A DNA stretch of 64,000 nt from Macrostomum lignano (Eukaryota): contig NIVC01000967.1 of NCBI GenBank assembly GCA_002269645.1, positions 1 through 64,000 of the forward strand. The letters run 5' to 3'. Numbering within the stretch: the stretch's first letter is position 1; the number at the start of each line of letters is the position of its first letter. Positions 21,463 to 34,500 of the stretch are shown piece after piece. The position numbers and the translations under genes were made by a program. Below the pieces are notes generated by a model. It searched no databases. It was not told the DNA's origin and was given only the letters and a program-made list of their open reading frames with translations.

Positions 21463-24400
21463 ATGAGCGGCTCAAAACGCAGGCATCTTGGCCTACTATT
21501 AGTAGCAGCACTAGCGTCTGTCGTCTGTCTCTGCTTACTCGGCCATTTAAACTGGTTATTTAATTCGGACAGAGCCGCCGGACAGCCGCTGGCCGAATGG
21601 GAGCGCCTGCCGGATGGACCGGAGTCGCCAGACGATGGCTGCAGGCTCCGCTCCGAGCGGGCGCGCTATGCCGTTGACAGGGCAGCTCAGCCCGAGTGCC
21701 GGCGTCGGCTGCTGCGCGTCGCTTGCGCCTTCGAGTCTGGCCGGCTGCCATACCGGCTGCGGCATGTCGGACAGGCCTGTCCGGCTAGACTACTGTCCGG
21801 CTCTGGCCCGGCCACTTCCTGTCACAGCCTGCTACAGTCGGACAGTTGTCCGTATCCGCGCGAAGTGATTCCGTCGGCCAGTTGGACGAACAATATGCCG
21901 GCAGAGAGCCGGCGAGGCGAATGCTTGGCCAGATGTCGCTCGGCCGGCTATCGGCTGGCTAGCATTAGCAACCGGGACTGCGTCTGTCTTCAGTTGCTAG
22001 GCAACGGTTGCAGCCGACCTGCTATTGGCTATAATTGCACAGGTGCTTCGATTAGAGATGGTTACTATCTGGTTAGCCAAACCGGGCTCAATGCTAGCTC
22101 TTTGTTTGTGTCTCATACCGCACCTGCCTACGGTCCCGAGTTCGAATCCTATAGCTGGGAGAACGATCGAGTTCGATTAGTCTACCTGATGACGCTCAGC
22201 GGTAGAGGTGTGCGACAGGTAATGCGGCTGTTATCGGCTGTGTACTATGTTAATCATTATTACTATATACATGTGGACTCTAGAGACGATTTCCTGTACG
22301 AGTCGCTGATGCCGCTGGTAGCCAGGTGAGCACTGTTTGATTGATCTTAGGGTTCTAGGTAGGTAGGTAATAGGGTATCATCGGAACCTACCTACCCCAG
22401 TAGCTCATTAGGTACATTAATTTACGAGCTCCCATGACCCCATTGGCTAGTTAGGTACACTAATCTAGCTGAAATGACCCCCATTAGCTAGTTAGGTACA
22501 CTAATCTAGCTGAAATGACCCCATTGGCTAGTTAGGTACACTAATCTAGCTGAAATGACCCCCATTAGCTAGTTAGGTACACTAATCTAGCTGAAATGAC
22601 CCCCATTAGCTAGTTAGGTACACTAATCTAGCTGAAATGACCCCATTAGCTAGTTAGGTACACTAATCTAGCTAAATTGACCTCCATTAGCTAGTTAGGT
22701 ACACTAATCTAGCTGAAATGACCCCATTAGCTAGTTAGGTACACTAATCTAGCTGAAATGACCCCCATTAGCTAGTTAGGTACACTAATCTAGCTGAAAT
22801 GACCCCATTAGCTAGTTAGGTACACTAATCTAGCTGAAATGACCCCCATTAGCTAGTTAGGTACACTAATCTAGCTGAAATGACCCCCATTAGCTAGTTA
22901 GGTACACTAATCTAGCTGAAATGACCCCATTAGCTAGTTAGGTACACTAATCTAGCTGAAATGACCCCATTAGCTAGTTAGGTACACTAATCTAGCTGAA
23001 ATGACCCCCATTAGCTAGTTAGGTACACTAATCTAGCTGAAATGACCCCATTAGCTAGTTAGGTACACTATTCTAGCTGAAATGACCCCATTAGCTAGTT
23101 AAGTACACTAATCTAGCTGAAATGACCCCCATTAGCTAGTTAGGTACACTAATCTAGCTGAAATGACCCCCATTAGCTAGTTAGGTACACTAATCTAGCT
23201 GAAATGACCCCATTAGCTAGTTAAGTACACTAATCTAGCTGAAATGACCCCCATTAGCTAGTTAGGTACACTAATCTAGCTGAAATGACCCCATTAGCTA
23301 GTTAAGTACACTAATCTAGCTGAAATGACCCCCATTAGCTAGTTAAGTACACTAATCTAGCTGAAATGACCCCCATTAGCTAGTTAGGTACACTAATCTA
23401 GCTGAAATGACCCCCATTAGCTAGTTAGGTACACTAATCTAGCTCTCATTGGCTCATTAGGTACCTTCATCTAGCTCCCATTAGCTCATTAGGTACATTA
23501 ATCGCGCTCCCGCCTCAATCTGCCTCCGCTGCCAGATTCCCAAACGTGCGCCTAATGCGCCGCCGCTTCCCCACCATCTGGGGCGGCACAGGCCTCCTGG
23601 ATCTGATGCTGGCAGCATTTCGCGACCTGCTCAACTGCACCGATTGGCACTGGGATTTCGTAATCAACCTGAGCGAGTCGGATTTCCCTATTAGGCCGGA
23701 TCGGCAGTTGACCGCCTACCTGACCGAGATGAGGCATCTCAGCTTCTTGGCCTCGCACTCAGGAAACTACAGCGATTTCATGCGCAAGCAAGCTATTGAG
23801 CGCTACTTTGTACAGTGCGACAATCATATGTACTTTCTGGGCAGCCGGCAGCCAATAGAAGGCCTGCTGTTCGACGGCGGCTCTGATTGGCTGACGTTAA
23901 ATAGAGAATTTGTACAGTTTGTTATCAGCGGACTGGATAATAACCACACTATTGTGACCAATATTGTAGAGTATTTTAAATACGGCCTGCTACCAGGTTT
24001 GTAAAACTGTTTCTGTTATCAATCTCTTTGTGTGATGTTTTGTATTTATAGTATTCTGAAGTTGCTGGGATAAATCATCTGATCCTTTAAAGGCCCCAAA
24101 TTATAGGGGTAAATATCCCCAAGTACCTGTGTTTTAGGACACGTTTTAGAATAAAAAAATCCTCACGTGTATACGAGTAATCCAGATCCCAATGTCCCGG
24201 TATCTTCAAATCGAAATCCCAACTCTGGGATTTTATAGCCGAAATCCCCACTCAGTTTGAGATCCCTAATCCAGGGATTTTATAGCTGAAATCCTCACCC
24301 AGATTGAGATCCCAAATCCTCACCCAGATTTTAGAGCCGAAATCCTCACCCAGATTGAGATCCCAAAATCCAGGGATTTTAGAGCCAAAATCCTCACCCA

Positions 24401-27400
24401 GTTTGAGATCCCAATTCCAGGGATTTTAGAACCGAAACCCTCACATGTATATGAGTAGTCGAGATCCCATGTCCCGGTATCTTCAAATCGAAATCCCATT
24501 CTGCGATCCCTAAGGGCCTGTATTTCATAACCGAAATCCTTGGATTTGGGATCAAGATCCTCAAGTTCCAGCAGTACAGCAGCACGGCCCAACCAATCCA
24601 AACCCGCAGTGGAGTCTGTGTTCCACACCATCGCCCAGAACACTGAGCTATGCGGCCGGGTTGCCAACGCCAACCTCCGCTTGGTTAATTGGGACCGGAA
24701 GCGCGGCTGCCGGTGCCAGCACCTGCCGGTGGCTGACTGGTGCGGCTGCAGTCCCATGGTCTACCGGGGCGCCGAGGCTGCCGCCTACGCCAGCAGCAGC
24801 GGCAGCGGTGGTCACGGCGCTTTCTTTGCCAGAAAATTCGACCCAACAATCAGCGTGTCGGCTGTCGATGCCGCCTACGCCGAATTGATGAAGCAGCGGC
24901 ACGGAGGAGCCGCTGGCCGGGAGATGCGCGCCAAGCTCGGCCGGCCGCGCTACTGGCTCAGCGCGTTCACAGCTGGGGCGCCAGGCCTGACGCCGGTGCA
25001 GAGCGCCTTTGGCCGACTGTTGACTCGGCTGCTCTGCGCCGAACTGCTGTCCGGCACGTGTCCGGCTGGCTTCGATCCCGACAGTGTGCGCGCTGTTGAA
25101 GTGACCGAGTTCTACCTGGAGGACGCGTTCCAGGGTCCCTTGCTGACCGCCTCGATTGGCGGCGGTGTCGGCGGCGGCGGCGGCACCAACGCGGCGATGC
25201 TCCTAGACGCGCACTTCAGCCTGCAGTCTGGCATCGGATCCGGCCAAGCTGTCCGGATTGTCCACCCCAAGCAGCAACCGCATGGCAACGCGTCATCTTC
25301 GACGTCGGCCTACCAGTCTGTGATTGCCGCCAGGTTTATGGAGTTCGAGGTGAATTGCAGCGAATGCCCGATGAAAATGGTTCCTAGGTCAAGAAGCGTC
25401 CCAAGGGGGGGGGGGCGTAGCCCAGCGGTAGCGCAGCTGCTCTGGTGTGCCAGCGACCCAGGCTCGATTCCAAGTGCAGTCACATTAATTTGGGGCTGAA
25501 TTGGAATCTCGGCTTGGCTCTGCTCGTGCAATTAACGGCCTTGAGAGCCAACCCCCCAAGGCGCAGTGAAGTGTACATGCCTAACGATAAATAAAGTTAG
25601 GGCCGCTGTACACTCCTGTGTGAGTGTGTGCCTGCGTACGTATCCGCGCTTGTGTGCCTGCTCAGGGGAGTCGGCGGAATGGGCAGTAATGCCTCTCGCC
25701 GGTTGCGTGCCTATGTCGCTTAAAGTGCGCCAGGGTGCACACAACCCCCCTGCCTCTAATAAAAAAAAGAAGCGTCCCAGAGTCACTTGCGTCACCGCAA
25801 AGTCGTTAGAAGAGACTCAAGATGACTCTAAAACGGAGAGTTCACTGTTACAAATTGCCAAAAACTTGTCAAAGTGTCGCCTAAAAGTCTCATTTTGAGG
25901 CGTTGTATTGTCTGAAACTATATAACAACTCTGGGGGGCCTCTATAATGACCCTGGGGCCGTAGAGTCGTATCTGAGGCGTGCCAGAGCCGCTGCAGAAT
26001 CACTGAGTTGCGTCTAAAGCGCATCTGGTCACTTAATGAATTAGAATCGCATTTCGCATTTATAACACAACTCTATTTAGTCTACTTATGTTAGTAGAAA
26101 GTTAAGCGCCAACACAACGGCTCTTGAACGACTTCTTTCGCGACTCTTTAATTACGACTCTGCAAATCACACGATGCGCTCGTGACTCAACAGTCGCCTC
26201 TCCGTCGCATTGCAGTCGTTTGAGTCGTTAAAAAGTCACAAGAGTCGCCCCAAGAGTCGCTAGAGTCACTGAGTGAGTTGTTTGCAATCACTCTTTAGCG
26301 ATTCTTGTCTCGGTGACGTTTTCAACGGGATAAATTGTGCGTTTTAATAGACCGTATGAGTATAGTGAGTGACCAGCTACTTGAAAGGCATTCTTTAGTT
26401 GGAGCAAGTTCTCAACCAGAGACCAAAATAGTTTTTGCTGTAAAGCTTGGGGGAATGCTCACAATAAACTTCTCTGTTTATTGATGCAGACCATGCAGGG
26501 AATCTTTAAGACTTATTGTTCCTGGTGCAAAATGGTTGCTAACCATTCTAAATGCGCTTAATTGAACTGTTGAGCATCCTTGATCGGCCTTCGAAACACC
26601 TGTCTTCAGTTTGCATAGACCACAATATCTTGGCCTCTATTCACATTCGTAATCTATTGTAGTTTTAGTTCTTTTGAGGGAAAATTGGCCTTCAAAACTT
26701 TTCTTGAGTCTCGCATGATTCTTATTCGACAGGTTGGCCGCCAATATGATTGGAAAGAGGACCTCTTCCGGGACCGCTTGTCCCTGCTGGCCGCCGGCCG
26801 GGCCGCCGACTCCGGCCTGCAGCTGCGCTACGCCTGGGGCCCGGGGCCGGCCGTGACGGCCACCTTCCTGCTGCTGGACCCGGACGGCGCTATCCGATCG
26901 GCTTTCCAGCTCAGCGTCCCGGAACTGCTACTGGCTGAGGATTCAACAGCCAAGGAGGTCGGCTGCACCGATCTGCAGGCACCCGGCAGTCTGGAGCCCG
27001 GCGTCTGGCGCCTGCTGCTTCTTGATGAACAGCAGCCGCTTTCGGTCGGATCCGCCGTAGCTGAGTCCGAGTTCATCCTGTTGCCAACCGGTTCCGATGC
27101 CCATAGCAACCAGCTAGTGAAGCCGGATCCTAATTCGCCACAATACCTGGCCCTGTTCAAAGCCGTACCCGCCGCGTCCATTGCTCAGCTTCGATTAGCT
27201 AATAGAAATCCGGCCGAATCCGCCGCGGCCAATCCGGACATCCGGCTGGCTGTCCGGCTGCTGTCCAGGCGCTACAGATTGGAGACCGTCTGCCGGCACT
27301 CGGACAGTTCGGACAGTGCGGCCGCCTCTTCAGCCGCTTGTCCGGGAATTGTTGGCCTGACTGATTCGTGCTCTGGTTCGGACTGGAGCACCCGGTATGC

Positions 27401-27458
27401 GGATCTGCGGTACCGCCTGGGCGGCCTCGACCCGCTCACCGGCCACCTGCGGAATTAG
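21463..27458 (+). CDS. XYLT: Protein O-xylosyltransferase (XYLT/oxt/sqv-6 type); exons 21463-22325, 23536-23996, 24610-25349, 26733-27458
   Basis: Type II membrane anchor, WSC-like Cys segment, YYIHVDSR, TIWGG, WDFVINLSESDFPIR, DGGSDW, LLPVESVFHT across a junction, NLRLVNWDRKRGCRCQH..DWCGCSP, FFARKFD, VGRQYDWKEDLFR. Phases are consistent. Confidence 0.94.
22440..23430. repeat. Minisatellite, 40-41 bp unit TTAGGTACACTAATCTAGCTGAAATGACCCCCATTAGCTAG, in XYLT intron 1
   Basis: About 24 copies. Confidence 0.95.
24165..24540. repeat. Imperfect direct repeats (GAAATCCTCACCCAGATTGAGATCCC-type) in XYLT intron 2
   Basis: Recurring units plus a duplicated TGTCCCGGTATCTTCAAATCGAAATCCC block. Confidence 0.8.
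25367..26329 (-). mobile_element. Non-autonomous DNA transposon with short TIRs CCCG(A/T)TGAAAA (CMC/EnSpm-like), interrupted by a SINE
   Basis: Left end CCCGATGAAAA at 25367 and right end TTTTCAACGGG ending 26329. Dense GAGTC/GACTC motifs. A second partial copy lies at 12788-13156. Confidence 0.6.
25404..25766 (+). mobile_element. tRNA-derived SINE with A-tail and 13-bp target site duplication
   Basis: A box TAGCCCAGCGG, B box GGCTCGATTCC, tail [28 protein letters not shown] at 25391-25403 and 25767-25779. Confidence 0.85.
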
Positions 27459-27467
27459 GGAGTGCTG

Positions 27468-27811
27468 CTGTATGTCTGCTGTTTCCCTGGTGGTCCTTTG
27501 GTAGCCTGTCTGCCTGCTGTTTCCCTGGTGGTCCTTTGGTAGCCTGTCTGCCTGCTGTTTCCCTGGTGGTCCTTTGGTAGCCTGTCTGCCTGCTGTTTCC
27601 CTGGTGGTCCTTTGGTAGCCTGTCTGCCTGCTGTTTCCCTGGTCTTTTGGTAGCCTGTCTGCCTGCTGTTTCCCTGGTGGTCCTTTGGTAGCCTGTCTGC
27701 TTGCTGTTTCCCTGGTCCTTTGGTAGCCTGTCTGCCTGCTGTTTCCCTGGTGGTCCTTTGGTAGCCTGTCTGCCTGCTGTTTCCCTGGTCCTTTGGTAGC
27801 CTGTCTGCCTG
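27468..27811. repeat. Minisatellite, 38-bp unit, starting ~10 bp after the XYLT stop
   Basis: GTTTCCCTGG recurs at 27481 and 27519. Confidence 0.93.
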
Positions 27812-28304
27812 ATAATCGGATAAATGAAGTCATTACTTTGTATTTGCATTTCATACTACTTAAATACGAAAGAAATGATGCGCAGCAGTAGTAGCATAAG
27901 TTCATGCTATGATTTTTTATTTCAAGTTGACATCTGTTATGCTCTTTTTGTTAATAATAATATTCCATCTGCGAGCTATAGATTGTTTTCAAAGCATTCA
28001 AAGGTGTTTAGTATTACTAATTGATTGACATTTTTGTGCCTGCGTTGTTCCCATCGGATCTGTTCAACTTGTTTGCCTTATTCTGTTAGGGCTTTGTGTT
28101 TAGCTTTTTACGTATAATTTGAATTTTACGCTTTTAAACTACGACGTACATAATCCTTTTATGTTTGTTTGCCATTTTGGTAACCAACCCATCCCCAGTT
28201 TGTTGGTGTAAAACTTTTTATGAGTACTAAACAGGATTAAAGTGAAAATGGTTTGTATTCAGTTGTATTGACTTCTTTGCTTTCTCATTTGTTTTTAGAC
28301 CCTG

Positions 28305-28545
28305 TATCGACACTGCATAGACACTGCATAGACACTGTATAGACACTGCATAGACACTGCATAGACACTGCATAGACACTGTATAGACACTGTATAGACA
28401 CTGCATAGACACTGCATAGACACTGCATAGACACTGCATAGACACTGTATAGACACTGCATAGACACTGCATAGACACTGCATAGACACTGTATAGACAC
28501 TGCATAGACACTGCATAGACACTGTACAGCCACTGTATAGACACA
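28305..28545. repeat. 11-bp unit repeat (ACTGCATAGAC) upstream of TAF2
   Basis: Visible array. Confidence 0.93.
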
Positions 28546-28609
28546 GTTCCTGGCACTGTACAGCCATCTCAGCCGTCTGCCCACTCCAGCGGGTGCGCTG
28601 CTCTCCAAG

Positions 28610-31462
28610 ATGCAGAGCGCCCGGCCCTACAACCTGTGCCAGCAGACTGTGTGCATCAAGTCCATCAGCTTCCGCACGAAGTCTATAGTGGGCTACACAG
28701 AGCTGCTGTTGCAGCCGCTTACTCCGCAGCTTCGTAAGGTGAAGCTCAACTGCAAGCAGTGCACAGTGTACTCCATCTGGCTAGAGACACTGCCTGATTC
28801 CAGGGGTCATCAGCAGACCGCTATGGAGGCCTCGTTTGCTTTCAACGATCCGACAATGGAGATCTGTCGGGCAGAGATGAAGCAGAGGAATCTGGCTTTC
28901 TTTGAGCAGCGACACGAGCTGGCTGTTGGTTCTGTTGATCCTGATTCTAATAATGGCGAGATTCTCGTGCCCCTGCCTCAGGACCTGTGGCCTGCCGTTT
29001 CTCAGGTGAGACCTGTCACTGACACTGCTATTCCTGGCACTGACACTGCTATTCCTGGCACTGACACTGCTACTCCTGGCACTGACACTGCTATTCCTGG
29101 CACTGACACTGCTATTCCTGACACTGACACTGCTATTCCTAACCCTGACACTGCCATTCCTATCCCTGACAGTGCCATTCCTATTCCTGACACTGCCATT
29201 CCTATCCCTGACGGTGCCATTCCTATCCCTGACGGTGCCATTCCTATCCCTGATGGTGCCATTCCTATCCCTGATGGTGCCATTCCTATCCCTGACGGTG
29301 CCATTCCTATCCCTGATGGTGCCATTCCTATCCCTGACGGTGCCATTCCTATCCCTGACGGTGCCATTCCTATCCCTGATGGTGCCATTCCTATCCCTGA
29401 CGGTGCCATTCCTATCCCTGACAGTGCCATTCCTATCCCTGGCAGTGCCATTCCTATGCCTGACAGTGCCATTCCTATCCCTGGCAGTGCCATTCCTATC
29501 CCTGGCAGTGCCATTCCTATGCCTGACAGTGCCATTCCTATCCCTGACAGTGCCATTCCTATCCCTGGCAGTGCCATTCCTATGCCTGACAGTGCCATTC
29601 CTATCCCTGACAGTGCCATTCCTATGCCTGACAGTGCCATTCCTATCCCTGGCAGTGCCATTCCTATCCCTGGCAGTGCCATTTCTATGCCTGACAGTGC
29701 CATTCCTATCCCTGACAGTGCCATTCCTATCCCTGGCAGTGCCATTCCTATGCCTGACAGTGCCATTCCTATCCCTGACAGTGCCATTCCTATGCCTGAC
29801 AGTGCCATTCCTATCCCTGACAGTGCCATTCCTATCCCTGACAGTGCCATTCCTATCCCTGGCAGTGCCATTCCTATGCCTGACAGTGCCATTCCTATCC
29901 CTGGCAGTGCCATTCCTATGCCTGACAGTGCCATTCCTATCCCTGATGGTGCCATTCCTATCCCTGACGGTGCCATTCCTATCCCTGACAGTGCCATTCC
30001 TATCCCTGGCAGTGCCATTCCTATGCCTGACAGTGCCATTCCTATCCCTGGCAGTGCCATTCCTATCCCTGGCAGTGCCATTCCTATGCCTGACAGTGCC
30101 ATTCCTATCCCTGACGGTGCCATTCCTATCCCTGGCAGTGCCATTCCTATGCCTGACAGTGCCATTCCTATCCCTGACAGTGCCATTCCTATGCCTGACA
30201 GTGCCATTCCTATCCCTGGCAGTGCCATTCCTATGCCTGACAGTGCCATTCCTATCCCTGGCAGTGCCATTCCTATGCCTGACAGTGCCATTCCTATCCC
30301 TGACAGTGCCATTCCTATCCCTGGCAGTGCCATTCCTATCCCTGGCAGTGCCATTCCTATGCCTGACAGTGCCATTCCTATCCCTGACAGTGCCATTCCT
30401 ATCCCTGGCAGTGCCATTCCTATCCCTGGCAGTGCCATTCCTATGCCTGACAGTGCCATTCCTATCCCTGACAGTGCCATTCCTATCCCTGGCAGTGCCA
30501 TTCCTATCCCTGACAGTGCCATTCCTATGCCTGACAGTGCCATTCCTATCCCTGACAGTGCCATTCCTATCCCTGGCAGTGCCATTCCTATGCCTGACAG
30601 TGCCATTCCTATCCCTGACAGTGCCATTCCTATGCCTGACAGTGCCATTCCTATCCCTGGCAGTGCCATTCCTATCCCTGACGGTGCCATTCCTATCCCT
30701 GATACTGCCATTCCTAAGCCTGGCAGTGCAGTCTGGCATTGCAAGCGTTAACAAGCGTTAGCTGTATCCTCCCCATTCTGTCCGCAGGGCCGCCAGCTGC
30801 GCATCACAGTGGAATTCTCTCTGCAGCAGCCGCAAGCCGGCCTGTACTTCTGCTCGCCTCTGGGCGAAGATGGCGAAGTTGACATGCGCAGCGCCCACTG
30901 CTTCACCTCGGCTACGGGCAACTCAACCCGGCTCTGGCTGCCCTGCATTGACTCCTGCAGCGAGCTGTGCCAGTGGCGCCTCGAGATCACCGTGCCCGAG
31001 GACATGGTCGCCGTGGCGCCCGGCGACCTACTCGAGACCGTCTACACCCAGGACCTGCAATCCAAGACTTATCGTTACTTTCTGGCCCAGCCAACCTGCG
31101 CGCCAAATATCGGCTTCGCTATTGGCGCCTTCGAATTGGAGACTGGGCCGCCTCTGTCCGGCGCTACCGCCTCTTATTTTTGTCCGCCTCCGCTTGTCTC
31201 TCTGATGAAGCATACAGTCTCCCGGCTGCCTGACTGTCTGGCATTCTACGAGTCTCTGCTGGGAGTCCGGCTGCCCTATGGCTCGCTTAAACTGGTGTTT
31301 GTTGACCAAGCCTACGAGACTGTGCAGTCCTATGCCTCCGTGATCCTCGCCTCTGTCAGCCTGCTGCACTCGGCCCGCATTGTCGACCAGGCCATCGAGT
31401 CCCGGCGGGCGCTGGCACTGGCGCTGGCGCAGCAGTTTTTTGGTGGGTTCGCTGAGACAGGA

Positions 31463-31497
<35 letters not shown>

Positions 31498-31502
31498 GAG
31501 AC

Positions 31503-31547
<45 letters not shown>

Positions 31548-34500
31548 TTCAGACAGGCAGACAGACAGTCAGACACTCTGACAGACACGTAAAAAATGTT
31601 ATGATAAAGATTATGTTCATCCTGGGAACTACTTAAGCACTCAAAATTGAAATCACTAATAGCATAAATCTGTTATATTGTTTATCTCTCCCCATGTTTG
31701 CCAGCAACAGTTTCTGCAATAAAAATAGATAAACTTTCCGGATAGAAAAAGAGGCCGATTTAAAGTTAAAAAACTAGCCGATTACAAACTCTGCGATAAT
31801 TATAATTTATAGCTAAGAATTGTTGGCTATTCCGCTACCCGGAAGCGGAGAGCTGCAGAGCTGCACTGTGGGGAGTACAGATAAGCACGGCCGGGCCGCT
31901 AAGAGTTCAAAATTGATCTAATAATTTACGATTGCAATTGTACGACTCTCTGTTGCCAGCTTGTATTTACATAGTTCCTTGTGTCCTTTTCAAGTCGAAA
32001 AGACTTTGTTTGTTTCAAGAGAGCCTCGGATACTCAGACAAGCTGGCGGCTGTTAGAGGCTCTTATGATAGAGGTGACCACTCAAGGATATAGGAGCTAG
32101 TATTCACTGATAGGTCTGAAGGATGAGAGTCGGTAGAGTCACAAAAATCTCGCACTGAACACATAAGAGAGGATAGCCTCCCACTGACGGGTCAGAGGAG
32201 ATAGAGCCTCCCACTGAGAAGTCAGAGGAGATAGAGCCTCCCACTGAGGGGTCAGAGGGGATAGAGTCCCCACTGAGGGGTCAGAGGGTATAGAACCTCC
32301 AACTAAGGGGTCAGAGGGGATAGAGCCTCCCACTGAGGGGTCAGAGGGGATAGAGCCTCCCACTGAGGGGTCAGAGGGGATAGAGCCTCCCACTGAGGGG
32401 TCAGAGGGGATAGAACCTCACACTGATGGGTCAGAGGGGTTAGAACCGTCCACAGAAGGGATAGAGCTTCCCACTCTGAGGGGTCAGAAAATTGAAAAAG
32501 AAAAGAAAAGGGAAAGAAAGAAAAATTAAGAAAGAAAGAATTGAAAAAGAAAATGGATAGAGCCCCCCACTCTGAGGGGTCAGTTACCGGCTTAATTAGC
32601 TACTATATAATGTATAATTCCCTCGCCGCTACAGGCTGCTACATCGGCATGCAGACATTCAGCGACGCCTGGCTACCGCAGGGCATCTCGGGTCACATAG
32701 CCGCACTCTATCAGCGCAAAGTATTCGGCCACAATGAGTACCGAAACTACATATCGGATCAGATGAGCCAGGTGTGCCACTACGAGTCTACTAGGCACGA
32801 GGTGCTGCTGGATCCTAGCGGCGCTGCCGGACCGGACAAGCAATCAGCCGTGACTCCGTTCTGTTTGCGCTTCCCTCAGACTGTGCCGCCGGATTATGCG
32901 GCTATCTATAGGAGCAAAGCTATGCTTGTTATCCGGCTTCTAGGCTGCAAGCTGGGCGAGGAGGTAAAAACTAGAAAAATGTTTTTTTTCTTAGCTGAGA
33001 TCGTCGCTCAGATTGTCGCTCATATAACTGAGATTGTCGCTCAGATTGTCGCTGAGCTTTTCGATTAGATTGTCGCTCAGATTATCGATGAGATTATCAC
33101 TCAGATTGTCGCTGAGCTTTTCGATTAGATTGTCGCTCAGATTATCGATGAGATTGTCGCTCGATCAGATTGTCGCTGAGCTTTTCGATTAGATTGTCGC
33201 TCAGATTATCGATGAGATTGTCGCTCAGATTGTCGCTGAGCTTTTCGATTAGATTGTCGCTCAGATTATCGATGAGATTGTCGCTCAGATTGTCGCTGAG
33301 CTTTTCGATTAGATTGTCGCTCAGATTATCGATGAGATTGTCGCTCAGATTGTCGCTGAGCTTTTCGATTAGATTGTCGCTCAGATTATCGATGAGATTG
33401 TCGCTCAGATTGTCAGTGAGATTGTCGCTTAGATTATCGATGAGATTGTCGCTCAGATTTTCAGTGAGATTGTCGCTCAGATTGTCGATGAGATTGTCGT
33501 TCAGATTATCGATGAGATTGTCACTCAGATTTTCGATGAGATTGTCGCTCAGATTGTCGCTCATATAAATTGGGATTGTCGCTCAGATTGTCGCTTATAT
33601 AAATTGAGATTGTCGCTCAGATTTTTGCTCAAATTGTCCATGAGATTGTCGCTAGAATTGTCGCTCAGATTGTCGCTAGAATTGTCGCTCAGATTGTCGC
33701 TAGAATTGTCGTTCAGATTGTCGCTAGAATTGTCACTGAGATTGTCGCTAGAATTGTCGCTCAGATTGTCGCTAGAATTGTCACTGAGATTGTTGCTGGA
33801 GTTATTACTGAGATTGCGGCTCAGATTGTCGCTGAGATCGCTGAATTGTCGCTCAGAATATATCAAAATGTACAAAACCTGCCCATCCCCCCAACCCTCA
33901 GGTACTGCAGTACGTACTCAACAAGCTGATCACCCTGGCCAGCTCATACGATCCCAGTTTGCAGCAGCAGCCGCTGCAGCCCGGCACAGAGCAGAGCTGG
34001 CGGCCGGCCTTCCTGCTATCCAGCCAGGCGCTGCTAGACCTGATCCTGGCCCTCACCGGCAAGAACATGCAGTACCTGCTGGACCAGTGGGTCACCCAGC
34101 CCGGCCACGCTCGCCTCAGGGCCAGCTTCTCAATTAATAAGAAGCGCAACCTCATCGCACTGGAGATTCGCGACGACCCGCCAGTTGCGGCATCTGGTGG
34201 CGGCGGAGGCGGCGGCGGCCGTCGCAGGCGCTACACGGGCGCGGTGGCGGTGAGCCTGCAGGAGCTGGACGGGCCGTTCACGCACACGCTGAAGCTGGAC
34301 GAATCGGCAGCCGTCAGCGACCTGCCCTGTCACACTAAAAGTCGCAAAATTAAGCGTCGCAAAGTGTTGCTTAGCAACGGAGACGAACTGGAAGATCCGG
34401 ATCTGGGCAAACTGGAGTCGGACTGTTCGCTGCTGTGGCTGCGAGTCGATCCCGAGATGCAGCTTATCCGACACGTGGAAATTGTGCAGCCCGAGCCAAT

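Noticed and set aside
25415-25490. Functional tRNA gene
   Set aside because: A and B boxes are present but I could not fold a complete cloverleaf. The A-tail and 13-bp TSD indicate a SINE.
28781-30761. Very long stop-free ORFs in several frames (657, 580, 529 aa, and the 713-aa extension of TAF2 exon 1)
   Set aside because: They arise from the 21-bp satellite. TAF2 homology stops at the GT at 29006 and resumes after the AG at 30786-30787.
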